Below are positions 25,066 to 40,429 of a stretch of 64,000 nt of DNA, in pieces (position 1 is the first letter of the stretch; each line of letters starts with the position of its first letter). The notes beneath the pieces were generated by a model. The model did not search any database and was not told where the DNA came from. It saw nothing but the letters and a program-made list of their open reading frames with translations. Origin of the DNA: Antedon mediterranea. Its lineage: Eukaryota; Animalia; Echinodermata. The DNA is taken from NCBI RefSeq assembly GCF_964355755.1, contig NC_092673.1, positions 26,223,648-26,287,647 on the forward strand, read 5' to 3'. A program made the position numbers and the translations under genes.

Positions 25066-28000
25066 TTTATTTGTGAGAAAAGAAAGATTCTTAACAGATG
25101 TCTGACTAAGTTTTGTTTTATTTTCGAATTAAAGGTTGAGGCTGAAAAATCAATTTACAAACAGCGACAAAACAGTTTTAATTAAAACTAATATTTCAGA
25201 TGTTAAATTTTTTTTTATAATGCTTGTGTCAAATTCTAGTATAACCTAAAAATACACAATTTGTAATGATAAATTGACTATGAATTTTGTAAATTATTAT
25301 TATTATTAAATATGAAAAACTTGATATATTCAAATTTTTCATGTTTAAAGAGAGATTAAAACTGAAAGATTGCCTTTATGGCAATCCATTCAAATTAGAT
25401 AAGTGGAAACAAAAAATGTTTGGTACTATTAGGTAAATATTAAGAAGCTAGCCTAATGGTCCGTATATGTCTGCAGACGCAACACACAGCTAACGTGTAG
25501 GAATCACCAAGCCGTAACAAAAGTCAACTCAAATTTAAATACAAAACGAGTAAATAACAGTATTTAAAACCGTTGTCTGTTGATAACATTACAAAAATGT
25601 ATAGACAATAAGGCTTTTGTTCAATAATTTAAATTAAATAATAGTACTTCTAGAGGATTAAATATACTAAATAAATGCAAATTATCTTGTTGTGAACCAT
25701 ATAGTACAAATAAACAAGATGAAATGTTATATAGAAATATATAATATTTTGTAATAAACAAAGACCTTTGAATAATGCTTAAGAAAATTCTCAAATTTAA
25801 TATCTGAAAATAAAACAGAAAAGTAAATATTCATATCCATAATGAATATTATGATATTAGATTGTCATAAAAGTGCACTTTTAGGAGCAAGTAATATCAG
25901 GCAAAAATATTCATATTTCTAATGGAAATTACTATAGTCATAAAGAAGAGAATTTACGTTGTCATAGGTTGATTTTCATAACATTAGTTATTCATATTTA
26001 GGATGTCGAATATAGCCACCTCGGTAATGGTATGCAGTTTCATGATGCAGATCACCGCAGAGGCTGCTGTGTTAGTATGCCTACCAGCTTTTAATGCAGT
26101 CAAATGACTATGCAACTTGGCTAATAAAGTACCATACATTCCTCTAGTGTGCACTTGTCTAATATTATAAAAGCTACACTTCTTGTTTTTGCATAAAATG
26201 GCTTAATACTCTACTGCTATTTTATATTCAAGTATTTCCGTTAAATGCATTATTTCAAGTTTAGTACATGGTAATGTGTAATGTCATGAAAACTAGACTT
26301 TTTGGTTGCATAAAATTGCTTAAATTCTGTTACTTTTTATGATTATAGATAAGTGGAAATGTTAAGATTTTTCTACTTCACTACATTTTCTTACTGCCAT
26401 AACATACGATTTTGTAAAGTTTTGAGTTAATAACTGCAATATACATTGTATATGAATAACCTACAAATCTTGCTAAATATTGCATACACAGGTTAAAAGA
26501 GCAACAAAATTGTAATAAACACAGTAGAATACTTTGGATGGTCCATATATTTATGTTTTATTATTAGTACTGAATCCCATTTTGAGTCTATCATACACCC
26601 TACTTTTATGTCTGACTTCACAAATAGGCAAATCTCCGGGTATAGTCCCAGTACTGACTGTTGGTCTGGATGTAGGCCCCTCTCTAGCCAGTTCATTTAA
26701 GTGTTTACAAGAAATGCTTTTTAATCATTTTTTTCCCTACAAAATCAGCCCAATTCTGTGTTCTAGTGGGGTGGGATTATAACAAAGGTAGTTTTTTTTC
26801 TTTAAATTTAAATGAATTAATTTGAATTTTGTGACTTATACTTAAAACTTCCTGTATAAATGACCTACTGTTGGTTTACTTCTTATTAAAGCCTCAAAAT
26901 GTTGGTCAATCTATGTTTGGATGAATGAATACCACAATGCAATTATTGCAATTAACAAAGCATTGTCTTTGTTAAAATACAGACAATCTCTACTTTAACA
27001 TAAAACGGTTAAACTCCCATCATTATATTCTACTTCATTTATCTGTAGTCTTTTCAAACTCGAATACGTTAATCTTAGTACACATGGTCAGTTACGATCA
27101 CAAGCAATCCAAGATACTATCATTGCAACCAATCGACCCACCTGATTGCACCAGTGCACTGTAACTATAACCCACGAGGGATTTACAGACACGATTAACA
27201 AATCCTTCTGACTAAACCAGACTGTAAGCATATTACACGCGTCAGTTTAGGTGACAAGTTGTGCTAAGCTTTTTAAATGCGATTGGTATTTAGATTAATA
27301 TATACAGTAATGATGGTATTATCTTAGCGAAACATCTACAACCTCAGAATATTATTCTTTAATTAAAGTGGAAATAAAATCTTATATTTCATTCAATGAT
27401 TGCTTTAGTTATTATTATCATTAATCTTAATTATTATTGTCAATTATTGGTGTTGATTGAAACTGAAAACAAACTAGCATTGTGTAATTTGCACTTTGCA
27501 ATGTTGTTTCATCATTACGCTATATTTAATCACTATTGGTATATGTAAAGAAAAAAAAAACGTAATATTAAACAGCGATAATTGAAGAGTACATAATATT
27601 ATTCTTACAATTATTCTATTTATATCAATTTATTACTAAAATATAAACCAACCTGGTTTGAAAACCAACAAATGATCAATAGCGGACGACGAGCAGCAGA
27701 CGACGAATAGCAGACAACAAAATGTAGGCCAAGTAAAACTATCGCCTCATTTCATTATTATTCATATTTGTTGCCCATGGTTACATAATAAAGATTGTGT
27801 TAAAACATGGTAGATACAAATTAGCAAATGAAGGACTCGCCATTAACCCGCATAACCAAGTGAGCACAAAATGTATTCATGTTTATTCATGATGTAAAAA
27901 TTGAACTGTATATCAAATGTATATCTGAATAATTAAAATGTCTATACTTAAATCATAACCAGAACATGCACTCCAATTGTGCATTTCTCTCTAAAAAGGC

Positions 28001-30189
28001 GGTCATGTTTTTCACACGAAACTTATCTTCATGCAAGCGACAAACATCATGCGAATCGTAATTTAATTGCATAATATAAGTGTATGAATCCTAAACCAAA
28101 TACATTTTTAAAATATAAAATAAAAATATATATGCAACGCAAATTTATTTTTAACCAAAAAAAGGTTTTAGCACACACTATTAAATGTAGGACACTTAGC
28201 ATTTAGATAAATTCAAAATGTTTCTTTCACCTGAATATATATTTTTTGTTTTTCCTAAGGGCAAACAATCAAAGGAATACGTGAATGCGTATATCGGAAA
28301 AATTAACCCGAATCCAAATAGTTAAAATAGAAACTGGTACAGAGTGTGTTGTTGGTAGTTGGGAAATTTGATATATCCTTAGACAAGCTGTTAGTGTGTA
28401 TCATTGATACATAAAGCTTTTGTTGCGTCTCTTAAAATAAAATGCAAAAATGAAAAACGCAAGCTGCATAAGTTTACTACTAAAATATAATTTGAGAATG
28501 AACATTTATTTATAACACATATATCCAATGTGTCAAGGTTTGTAGTGAATTTCATAGTTATGCATCTATCTCTACCTTTCAATTTATTAAAACAATTATG
28601 TATAATAAGCTCACACTAAAAAATTACGATTCAAATATAAGCACACTTGGAGGAATGGGCTTACTTCATGAAATCCAAACACAGTGAGTCAGCTTATAAT
28701 TTATGCATGAAGTTTAATCCAAATATAGTGTAGGCGTATACACCAGGGTGGGTTTATATACCTCAGGCTACGCTTCTACCCACGTCAATAAGCTTACAGT
28801 ATAGTGCAACTAATTGAGATCTAAACCCCACCCTTCAAAATTGGGTCAATTTTCTGGAACTATTTTATTTAATCTTCAACATAAAAACCAAATGCATCTG
28901 TGTTTAATTGCTATTAAAAACATTGATGTAGATTAGCATTTGAATACTGGTCATAAACTTTATTTACACAAGCCATTACCTTGTTGACAGAAATGAATAC
29001 TGCTTTATTAATACGTAATCTATGGCATCAAGCAATGCAATAATTACTGTTCTAAGAGAATATAGAATCTACAATACTATCTCTTTCTGTATTTTAACAT
29101 TCCACAACATAATTGCGACAAATGATTGTAAAATATCAAACAGCACTGGTTTTGATCAACTAGTAATCCTGTTCCTACCATAACACCTTAAACCAATATA
29201 ATACGCACACGTATATGTACGTATGCATGTTCATGTGCATACCCATGATAATATGATCCCCAAACTATCCATAAAACCAGATGAAAACTTTTTTCGAACA
29301 CCTTAATTTTACAATAATTAGGGGATGATATTATGGGTTATTTGCTCTTCCAGGCATTGTATATTATTTATATATATAAATATATTATTTATTTTCTGTT
29401 AATGTTATATTCTAAATAAATATGTTGAAATCAATCAGTAAATGTCAATTGAAAATTTAATATTGGATTTTTTATTTTTTTTAAATATAAAATAAATTTC
29501 TATATTGAAATTATGAAAATATATTCACAAATACGAAATAAAGATTTAAGCTAAGGACAAGACTGATTAGAAAAGGAAAGAATACATTAAAGGAGATTTT
29601 GATGATTACATACAAATCACTCCCAGAAGGGATAATTGTATATCACTTTATGATAGAGAAATCCAAGTCAAATTCAGTTGTATTTGGTAATAACATTTGG
29701 GAAATAACCTACATCTAAATTGTAGGTCTAAATATAAACTAAAGCTCGCAAACCTACTTTCAAATGAATACAGAATCTTTCCTTTGTGAAATTATCTATA
29801 GCCACATTATCTATAGCCATATTCAATATTCTACACACATTTAATCAACCAAATTAACAGGTAACCAATATATATATTTTTTAAAATTAAATATAAACAT
29901 TTAAATTATTGAAATCAAAATTTGTGGAATTGAGAGAGAAAACATAAATGATCGGAATGATGGTTAAACTATTTTTCATGCAACAACTGAAATGTTTTGA
30001 TGATAGATAGTACAGAAAAACAGTGACAATTTATAGGCATTGAAGTCATTAGCATAGTAGTAGGCGAATATGTATGTCTCTGATACAGAATTTGGATCAT
30101 ACAACTAACACTCATAGCTGCAGGATAACACCCATAAAAATAATGGATCTTGTTCTTGCTTTGTTCAAAAACTAGATTATATAATTCAT

Positions 30190-30360
30190 TAGAAACTATT
30201 AAGGGGACACCTTCTGGACCCAAAATGATATCTTTGATAAGGTTGTTTCCTGAATAGAGATTGGCCATAGTCTTAAAATATATATTGCCTCTTCGGGTTC
30301 ATGGAAAATAAACCCTTTTAGGGATTTACCACAAATAAAATAAGGAATATCTCTACTGTA
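30190..30360. mobile_element. Decayed Tc1/mariner-type MITE, same family
   Basis: ctattaaggggacaccttctggaccc start and ctctactgta end. Confidence 0.45.
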
Positions 30361-31649
30361 AATAAGATAAATTTGAAATACATTGTAATAAGTTAAATAA
30401 CAGAAATACTCTTCAAAAGATCAGATCGTAAAGTGTTTGTTCTATTGTATTGGAATGGGTACTGCATTAACACATATTATATAAAACAATTGATTGCTTC
30501 CATTGATTAATCTCTGAAAGGATATGTGTAAAAGTATAACTTAAATCTATTGTGTGGCAAATTATTTAAGAACTGTGATAGTATGATTAATGCTATGACA
30601 TGTACATGAACTAAGTAATAGTTACAGCTAGTAATTAATTAGTAATTAATAATTAACTACAGTCTAATACAATTACAACTGTCTGTAGCCCCATAGGAAA
30701 TAAGCTGTTTGATGGCCATTGTACTTCACTCTGCAATGCCACGTAGATTAATACAGAATTAATAAGTAAGCCTACCACCGGTGAATTACGAATAACAATA
30801 AAGCTAATAAAATACATATTGCCAAACCATATAAGCAGTCAGTAATTTGAGTATTATTGACGGTAATTTCCAATTTGCAAATGGTGTTGCTACTGAATTT
30901 TATGCTTGTAAATTTCAACAATACAATGCGAGGTTTTCATAATTATCATATATATTGTTATTTTTACATTTTACCTTCAAAAACATGTAGAAGGCACACA
31001 GTATGTTATTATTGCAATATTAAACAAAATGGCTACTATGAGTTTTCTATGACTATAAATTTTAGATATATTTTCATAATACGGGACAATGCTAGCTATT
31101 TTGTAATCTGTATTTTATATTTAGTTTTTTCATACTAAGTGATGTAGTCAAATAAATCAATGTTTTTTTTAAAACTTAAATTGAATGTTTATTTTACACA
31201 ATTAAACGTGGTAAGAATGGTATTTAAAACAAATTTAATCTACGTCTTCATAATTATTAATTTATTATTATAATAATTATTTAGAAATACTGGTTTTTTT
31301 TTTGCCCGATATTTTAAAAATTAAAAAACTAATAAAAAACACAAATATTTTATTTCAAAACGTCCAGGAAACAAATTGAATATAACGATGCTACAAAGAG
31401 GGTGGTGGTTATAGGTCGTGTGCCATAGAAGGAAATTATTATTCAAAACTGAAACCAGTTACTTTTTTTATGAGAAATAAAAGCTGTTTCATTATAAATA
31501 TTTATTTAGGTGTTTGTATGGATTGCCAATAACAAACCTTATCATTATCCCATCAGCTAAGTGGCATTATATTTTCACAGAACAAATAAGATGCTTTATG
31601 TAAACAAAATAATATGCGAAGTTCTTAAAAAGTTGTTTTATTTTGAGAA

Positions 31650-31715
31650 CTAATAGGATTTGAACCTAAACACCTAGATTAGTAGGCAAGAATCTTAACC
31701 ATCAAACTATACCGC
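31650..31715 (-). mobile_element. Decayed tRNA-derived SINE head
   Basis: ggatttgaacc...aggcaagaatcttaaccatcaaactat resembles the copy at 897-1020. Confidence 0.5.
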
Positions 31716-34700
31716 CGTTTCTCCAAGCTATGTGCGGTAACTTTTCCAAATTTAAAATGTTCTTTTAAGTTGTACAATTATATTGTACAAATACTGTATG
31801 TTGGTTTCTATATGGATTTCTGCATATTTACAGCTTGGAATTAATAAAAATATATTATATTCGCTAAGAATAATATTTATTGTAAAGAAGCAATTGTCAA
31901 ACTAAAGTTTAGTGTTAATCTGATTGATTGTACACACATCAACCTAGCAAGTGTTTTGGACGTTTTTTCTTTAATCAGGGAGCATTTGCTTAGTAGGAGT
32001 AAAGACAACGCTGCGTCACCTTTTAGAAATCGTTCATGCATGTGATTGAACCGTATAAGCCTAGAATTCACAGCCTCAAGAAATAATGCCACTTTCCAGC
32101 AATGAATATTTACTGTTAAGTTACGGAGATGCAAATTACGCTAGAAAAGCTGCCACGACAACCGTGTGTAGTCAGCTATTGAGGAAAAGGGATAAAAAGC
32201 GATATACAGCATAATCCCTCGGATTCCAACATCGAAATCTTTTAAAAACGTTTGATTTCTAGAATCATTGTATACTACAAAGGACGAATAATCAGTTTGG
32301 ATGCAAAGAGGAAATTAAAGCAAGTTTTGTATTTGAGAACTAGGTCAACGTAATTGACGACACATTATTCCCTAAACCTTGTCAATGAATTTATATTAAT
32401 GAAACATTGTGTAACAGTCTGAGAGGAAACCACTATACAATAGAAATAATTTTAACATTTCAACTATACAAATTTCGCGCCTTAATCTCGTACTGCTCAA
32501 GAGAGATGAGGAGTTAAGCATGCGCCAGTGATCTTAAACGATGATTGATTGATTGGCGGTTCGACTGGATTAAGATAAATGTCTTCATTTACAAAATTAG
32601 CCATCAAAAAATGCATAAACCTAATTCTAGGAAAGTGCATTCCTTGAACATTTGTACCTATATCTACAATTTTTTGGCGAAAATTAAAATCTTTTTTTTT
32701 TTTTCAGAAAACGTGCAAATCACCATGCTCATATTGGCAAAAACCAATGTTCCTTTTCCGGAAGACAAAAAATATTTTTACTAGCTTAATACTATTTTAA
32801 AGATAGAAACATAGCAACTACCAAAAAACACATTAAATAACATTGACAAATTCAACGTACCATATTCAAGTCCAATTGATTTTTAGCTGTGATGAGATTC
32901 TACTGACATTTAACGGTAGATGTTTGCATATCATAAAAAAAAACAGTCACATTGTATATTACACTGTACAGTGTTTCTATTCACAATAAAATCAGATATT
33001 GTTTTACTACTTTATGTTATGTAAATTATACAGTTTAAAAAACCAATCAATGTAGCGATTATTAATCGCTATGTCAAAAAATTAGTGAATTGTGCCAAAT
33101 GCTTTTTATACAGTAAATAAACTAATACCGTATATTCAGTTGGCTTGGTTAAAAAATTTGACGAGAATCCGAGGATGGGATTATACTTGAATTACATTAC
33201 CAAGATTTATTAAATGAATTATCCTAAATTAGGGGGTGGGACTATACTTGAGCATGTTCTTCATTCCCTTCATTTTATTTCCATAGAAAACAGTACATAC
33301 TATTTGTACATTATTATTTATTTAGATTAAATAATGTTTTTCAGAAGAAAATTGGCTGTTGGTATACAGCAAAAAATAATTGTAAATGTCTATCCAAAAC
33401 AAATAGCAGCAGATATCTCATTGTTTTAATATGACAAAATAGATTTTTTTTTCTCCCTTTCAGTTTTTATAGGAAGGTATGTAAATTGCAACTGCAAGAT
33501 GAAGTCTACTAGATTTTACACGACACGTCATATAAATCTAGCTTCGTGCTATATTTATTTAGAATCCGCTAATATAATGATTTGAATAAAAATATGAGAT
33601 GACAGTCGCAAGTTAATTATATTTATTCCGCAGAGAATTAAATTCAAAACAGCGGGAACAATAAATAATTTTTTTCGATTTATTTTGTTGATGGATGTTT
33701 TATAACAAATTTTTTTAGAATGGCTTATTTTCAAGTGCGGTTTCCATGTCATATTCCCTTTCGGTATCGACAAGTTGTTTTAATATACAGTAGCTCCTAT
33801 TTAGTCGTCATTTTGAATGCTCTGAGAAAGGTATTAGCCCAGAGGGCCAAAGGTGCTGTTATCATAAGCCATCCAGCCAGAAACGATTCAGTCACGGCAA
33901 TTGACATTTTGCAATCTATACATAATTTTATACCTTCGTATCAAATGCGGGAAATTATTCATTTAACATACTGTATTTCGTTCGGTGTCTTCGGTTATCT
34001 TTGTCAGAGGCCGCTAACCTTAGCATAACATTGAATGCATTTCAACTCTAAAATAAATGCTATATCAAAATATGCAGCACCTCATCTATTACTAAACAGA
34101 ATTTAAAGTGACTTTGTTTCATAAAATATAATAATTTTTTTCCCCCAAATAATAGACAATCTTAGTTATTAATTAAAATTTTAAACGTTCATAAATTAAT
34201 ATTTGTTTAATTTCAAATTCCTTATATTTTCAAAAATAATATTGTTTTGGGGATGGAAAATTTCATGTAATAAATTAACTGAGTACCATCGCTTACTGTA
34301 TATTATTTAAAATTTCTTGTAAGTAAAAAATTTTAATTATTTTTAATTTTCTAATTTATTTGGACAAAATGTCTGGCATATATTCAGACGTATGAACCAT
34401 AATTAGTGTGTAATTTTGTACACGTATTGTATATACCATAAATAATCGTCTTTCCTATTGACCTTTAATAGGCAGGTAAAATAAAAATGAATAATTCTAT
34501 TGATCTGATCTATTGATTTTGTATTTCTGATACCTCAAATCTAATTAAAACAACTATCAAATAAGAGACAACAATACAATTCCTAATGCTCATGCATTTG
34601 TTATATTCTTGATCGACGCATACATTGGGAGTATATTTTGCTGTAGAAATAAAACATTTGCAGTATTGCTTAATTTTTCCCATGAAACAAACAGGCAATA

Positions 34701-35691
34701 ATATATATTTTTACACTACGACTAATCTCTATTTAAAGAATACCTAAGGGGACACCTTGTTAGATACAACAATTTGTGTTGTTATTTCTGAATAATACAG
34801 ACAAACTAAGAAATTCCAAATTAATTATTAAGTTATTTCATTGCGGTGAACATGAAACCAACTAAAAATGTTGTAATTCTAAAATTTTTGTAGGATGAAA
34901 AGCGCTTATTCATCACCTAAAAAAAGAACATAAAATGCTCTACTTATATTCATAGATCACTTCCGAAAATTGCGCGTGCATGTACAATTCAATTTGGTAG
35001 CCATCGTAAAAAGGCAGTTAAGAAATATCAGAGACGTATCCATAATGAAGGGTCAATGAATACTGTTCAAGATAGATCCATTTCGGCAATCGTGAGAGAT
35101 CTATTTCGACAGTTGCTAGAGGTCAGCCATTATGATGTGCTAGGCACGGTAAATATTGAATCAAATACATAAATAATAAATGATCAGTCTCGTAAAAAGA
35201 AAACCAGTAAAATTCAATCCTTTTGCCACTTATTTTAGGAAAATAAAATAAGAGAAAATTTTTAAAAAACTCTTTATAATATACTACAGTATGTCAGTAA
35301 AATGATTCAAAACTCAGTTTTTGTTTTGCTAAATAATTTTGTAAACCATGAAATAATATATACTTCTATAATTGTTGTGTATGACTTGAATACTAAAATT
35401 CTTTATACATATAATTAATTTATAGAGCTGCAGAGAACCCTGTACTACAGTACAGTAATAAAAAAATAATTGTATAACAATATTACTTCCTACCAAAAAC
35501 GATTGCCATGGTTTTTAGACAAAATAATAATCTGGATTATCAATTTTTTTTATTTAACTGGAGATGAACAGACACCTAACTTGTAATAATATGCCAAATC
35601 CGTGTATATTGCTGTTATTATCGAGGTATTATCGTTCATGTTAGCTTTAATATCCATATTGTTAAAACAACAATTGAGCATAGACAAGCTC

Positions 35692-35755
35692 ACTCACCTG
35701 GAAACAGTCAGAAAATTCCCACAAAATAAACAAAAATGAAACCAAACAGACAAAG
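35692..35755 (-). promoter_or_regulatory. Candidate recursive splice site (U-rich tract + CAG|GTGAGT)
   Basis: Minus strand tttgtctgtttggtttcatttttgtttattttgtgggaattttctgactgtttccag|gtgagt; junction 35698/35697. Confidence 0.5.
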
Positions 35756-36974
35756 CATTCACAGCCTACATTGGAATGACAGGGTAAAAGCCCACCCTCA
35801 TGAAAGGAATCATGTTCATTTAAAAGTATTAGTAGGCTAACCAGAATTTAGCTTCAAATATAAAAAATGTTAAATTTTAAATGTATTGTTCTTGGTCCTT
35901 TAAGCTTAACTTGAAACTGAGGAAATTTGAATTTGACCCTCCACGGATCCACGCCAGCCAGCAGTGCAGCGTCTACTAGATCAGCAAGTCCTTGTGTATA
36001 AGTCACACAATTCCAATCAAGAGGGAGTTTAGAGAGGTGAATACAAGATGTGAAGAAGCTAGCCAACTTCTACACATATTTTTTCCCCGTCATTTTTGTT
36101 TCTGTTTCATCGCGTTAGTTTATATAGGAAATGACTTCTGGGATTAAAATCACATGCTAGATCAACTTTGACCAGTTAAAATCTTGTCAATCGATTTCAC
36201 AAACGATTTTTGACTAGACTACCTATGCGTACATTTAATGTTAAATTATAATGATAACTACATTAAGTATTTCACAGAGCAAGCGGACATCTGTAATAAT
36301 ATGCAAGAATCAGATCGACGAACGAAATAAAATATGACATAATGTTTGAGCGACGCTCAATTTTAAATCTTTCATATCCTGACTGGATTGTCTCTCATCA
36401 GAAATATAACCTGGCCTGATAGATTTCTAATACTTTTATTTATTTTTATTGAATATTTATATACTGTACTTTTAGTTACATTATTATAGAATATTTTTAT
36501 AAAATTTACATACTAGATCCCATTGTATAATTAAATTGTATTCATAAATCAATATTGTAATTTAATTGATCAAATTTCTATGGTGAAATATATTACTTCC
36601 TTTACTATAATCCAAATAAGATTATGTTGTGAAAATATATTGAAAACCTTCTATAGACAAGTTTATATAATCAACAATGACAATTACTTTGTTTTTTTTC
36701 AAACAAATTGGACGGTCAGCATGCGAAATCGTAAATTATCTCTAGAAACAGTGAACTTAGAAGATGGATTTGTTATGAAGCTCTTTAACAATCTCCTTAA
36801 TATCCTTTTCAGAGGCAAATACAATTATTCTAATCAACCAAATAAACATTAAATGCACAATAAAATCGCCCATCAAATGCGCATGCAAGTTGACTAACTT
36901 GCTGACAGCGAGATATGCTTGTACTTTTAGACTGCTTTAATTCTCTGTACATATGGCATAAGGTGCAGTACCAT

Positions 36975-37094
36975 AAGCAAATTCTATAATACACAGTCCT
37001 GATAATACACTGTACTGTATGTTGTTAACCTTATGGCCTATAATACAGGTGTCACATACTATACATATGTTACACTGTATTATAGAATTTGCCT
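36975..37094. mobile_element. Short MITE-like element
   Basis: 17-bp inverted repeat GCAAATTCTATAATACA / TGTATTATAGAATTTGC about 120 bp apart. Confidence 0.55.
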
Positions 37095-40000
37095 ATAAAA
37101 TTATAGATAGATATTCTAAATTTGGAGTTTTATTTTATCCGAAATTACTAAAATGCGTGTGCCACTAATTTGAGTGCCAATAAAATACTGAATACTCCAT
37201 GTTTCTTTCTGATTTTGACTGCTTGTTGCTGTATTGTACAGTAGCACAACAGTTGGTAAATAGATCAGGGAAATTATCATCATCATCAATTTACCATTCA
37301 GATTTTAAACAAAAGGCTAACTGATAACCTGTGATCAGAATTGCTAATGATTATGTCATTGTAGTTTTGTTATTGTATATTTTTTCCTTTCAGTGAGTCA
37401 ACAGACAAAAAGTGGACAATTGAAGCAAGAAAACCTGTCAAATTGTGAGATGAAACCAATAATTAAATGTAATTATTGATATTATTGAAAGAAACAAGCT
37501 AGATAAAATCACTAATTTTTCGTAAAATATGTCAGATTTTTTTTCTCAGAAAAAACAAAACTTATTGGATGTATATTTTTCCTATACAACGATTGACACT
37601 AATTAGGACTGCGATTAAATTCCCTATTTGGAGTCCTTGACAATGCATATAAAAAAAATAAATAAGTCATTTCAAAATTATTTGTGAAGTATTGTTTCTA
37701 ATCAAATAAATGAAATAAATACAGTGTGACATGGTAGGGAATGATTTCAATATTGTGAAAAATAAAACTGAAATTTGATCAGATGGTTGGTTTGTTTAAG
37801 GTTAAAAGCCTATGATTGGTAAGGATATTGTAAATTAGGAGACAACAACACAACTAATCAAATACATCTTGACATTTAACTATTATTACATTTAGCTTTT
37901 CTATTGAAGCAATTCATTAGTATGATCATCTTTTATAAAGTCTTCTAGGCTTTTAGTACACTACATTTTGTTCTTCAAAAAACTAAATGCATGAAGGCAG
38001 TTGTTGAATATTAGAAATGACATGAATACTGAGATAGATACATTTAATATTACATGATTTTTATTGCCAGGACCATGAAGCAAAAGTCAATATGCACATA
38101 TTATATTGTCCTTGCTTTTCAGTATAGTAATAAAAAATCTTTTATTTTAAAAAAAGAACATAAATAATAATCATAGCATCTTTAGCTCACTTCCTTGAAT
38201 TTGTTATTTTTCCAGGAATCCTATATTGCATATTCGTTTAGTTAACTACCATTTTAAAAAATTTTTTTATTTACATTTCCTTCTGCTTGATTTTAAACGA
38301 AATGTAATAAAAATGTCTGTAAAATCACCTTTCTAATAAACTTTTTATAAAATTGTGTAATAATATTTTTTATACTAACTAGCTACTTTCAGACCAAAAT
38401 ATAACATGTCAAATTAGACTGATAACTTCTACTTCTGTGCCAACAATCTTGGGAAAAAAGAAGTGATTGATGAATGGTCAATGATCGAATGACCGGAGAG
38501 ATAAATGGACAGGCAATGGAAAAACCTAATGGAAAGGAATGAAAATCTGACTGAACAAGTTGCGGATAATAATAATCTAAAAAGAAGTCTGATTTTCATA
38601 AGCGATGTTTTTGACAAACAGACCCTATCAATTTTTATTCCGAATGAATCGTTTTCTTTACTGTCAAAGCCGCAATTAATTTATTACGTTTTTGAGTTCA
38701 AAAATTTAAAAAACATACTGTGTGTTCAATCATCTCTGGTCAGATTTTAATCAAGTTACAAATTATAATTCTGTGTTGTCTCTTAGAAATATATCTAGCC
38801 TATATAGTTATTAATTTTTTAAAATTTATAGCAATATTTTTGTTACTATAAAATGAATAACTCTACTTATATGTAATGAATTAAGCCTGAATAATCTACA
38901 CAAATAACTTTTAAAATAAAGAACTGCAGTGCTTATAACTAAATGTGGCAAATCCATATACGTACAGAATGTTTGCAAAAACTTGTCCATCGTTTCAGAA
39001 GAATGCTTGGGATAGTGAATACTAATGACAAACCAATGAGAGAACAGCAGCATTGCCCATAAATTGTATAACTAATAAAACAACAACCTTTGAAATATCT
39101 AAGGTGTGTAGCCTAAGGACATTCTTTTTATGCAATATGCTTTTGTAATATAATAGATAAACTTTTTACGAAGCAATATTGCTTTTCTGCGAGCCACATA
39201 GCTACTTAATGTCTTCAACACGAAGGAAGAACGTTATGATCCAAATATGCTAATTTTAATACAAATATGTCATATCGTCGATTAAGATCGTTATGAAATG
39301 ACAAGTTAGAACTTTAATTTGAATAAAACATCAGAATTTAACGCTTCACAAGCCTCTCCTTGGCCCAACATGCATTTATCTACTTGCACATTTCCTTTTA
39401 GATTTCATCCTATAACAATCAAATGTGAAATAAATTTGCACCGACTCTGTTGAACGGGAAAACGACTGAAAGGGGTTTCTTGAAATTTTGCATTAAAATC
39501 TATAATGTACACATTAAAAAAAAATACACATTTAAAAAAAAAAACACTTATTGCTACTTTCGCCTTAAGATACAAAATTATAAGAACACGTATGAAGTGA
39601 ATGCACTGAACACAGAAGATTAATGAGATCTTCCATCAGTCTACATATAATATAAAATAATAATTATCAAGTGTGGAAGTACAAAGCAAAGACAACCAGA
39701 ACTCACTCATCAACAATCAATGTAACGACGATGACGATGCTTATTATTATTTTATAGTTTAAATTACATTGCTTTTTACTATATTTTATGTGTAGATTGT
39801 CTCTAGGGAAGGTGAAGAATCTATGGCTGAACTTATCAACCTAAAGTAAAAGAACAATTATGAATTCAAAAAATAAATTCTGGCGGAATATTTATGAAAT
39901 GCATAATTATAGCCTAGATGATTGCTCATTAATTTCTTTAGGATTGGTGTGTATACAAATTTCTATTTATATTTAAATTCATTTCTATAATCAATTATTT

Positions 40001-40429
40001 ATTATCTCCAAATAAAATATAATTATTTAATTATTACATATCATACCAATAAAGCGGGTTACAACCTCTAATAGTAGCGTGTCGTTTTAATGAACATAAT
40101 AATTATACAAATCAATGTGTTAACCTATACCCCTTTGAGATCGCCTGCGTATTGTGTGCTCTCCAGAGTTTAAACACACTGATTGGTTGAATAAACTCCG
40201 GAGTTTTGTTAGATGATGTGAAAGCGGTCTTATTTCAAATCTTTTACTTCAAATTCATGTCACAATATGGCAGTTCAGTTTTTGTATCCTCTCAGCCACC
40301 AGCACGAAAATTAATATGGCAACAAAATGTCATGAAAGTTGGAAGTATCATGAAATATATCATCGCATCTCTTCCACCTAGATTACATTCTAGCCTTTCT
40401 TTTAGATTAATTTTCAACTACGACTTTTC

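Noticed and set aside
34905-34940. Strong acceptor ttcttttttttag|gtgatg as another recursive site
   Set aside because: The regenerated donor GTGATG is a poor match, and U-run acceptors arise by chance in this AT-rich sequence.
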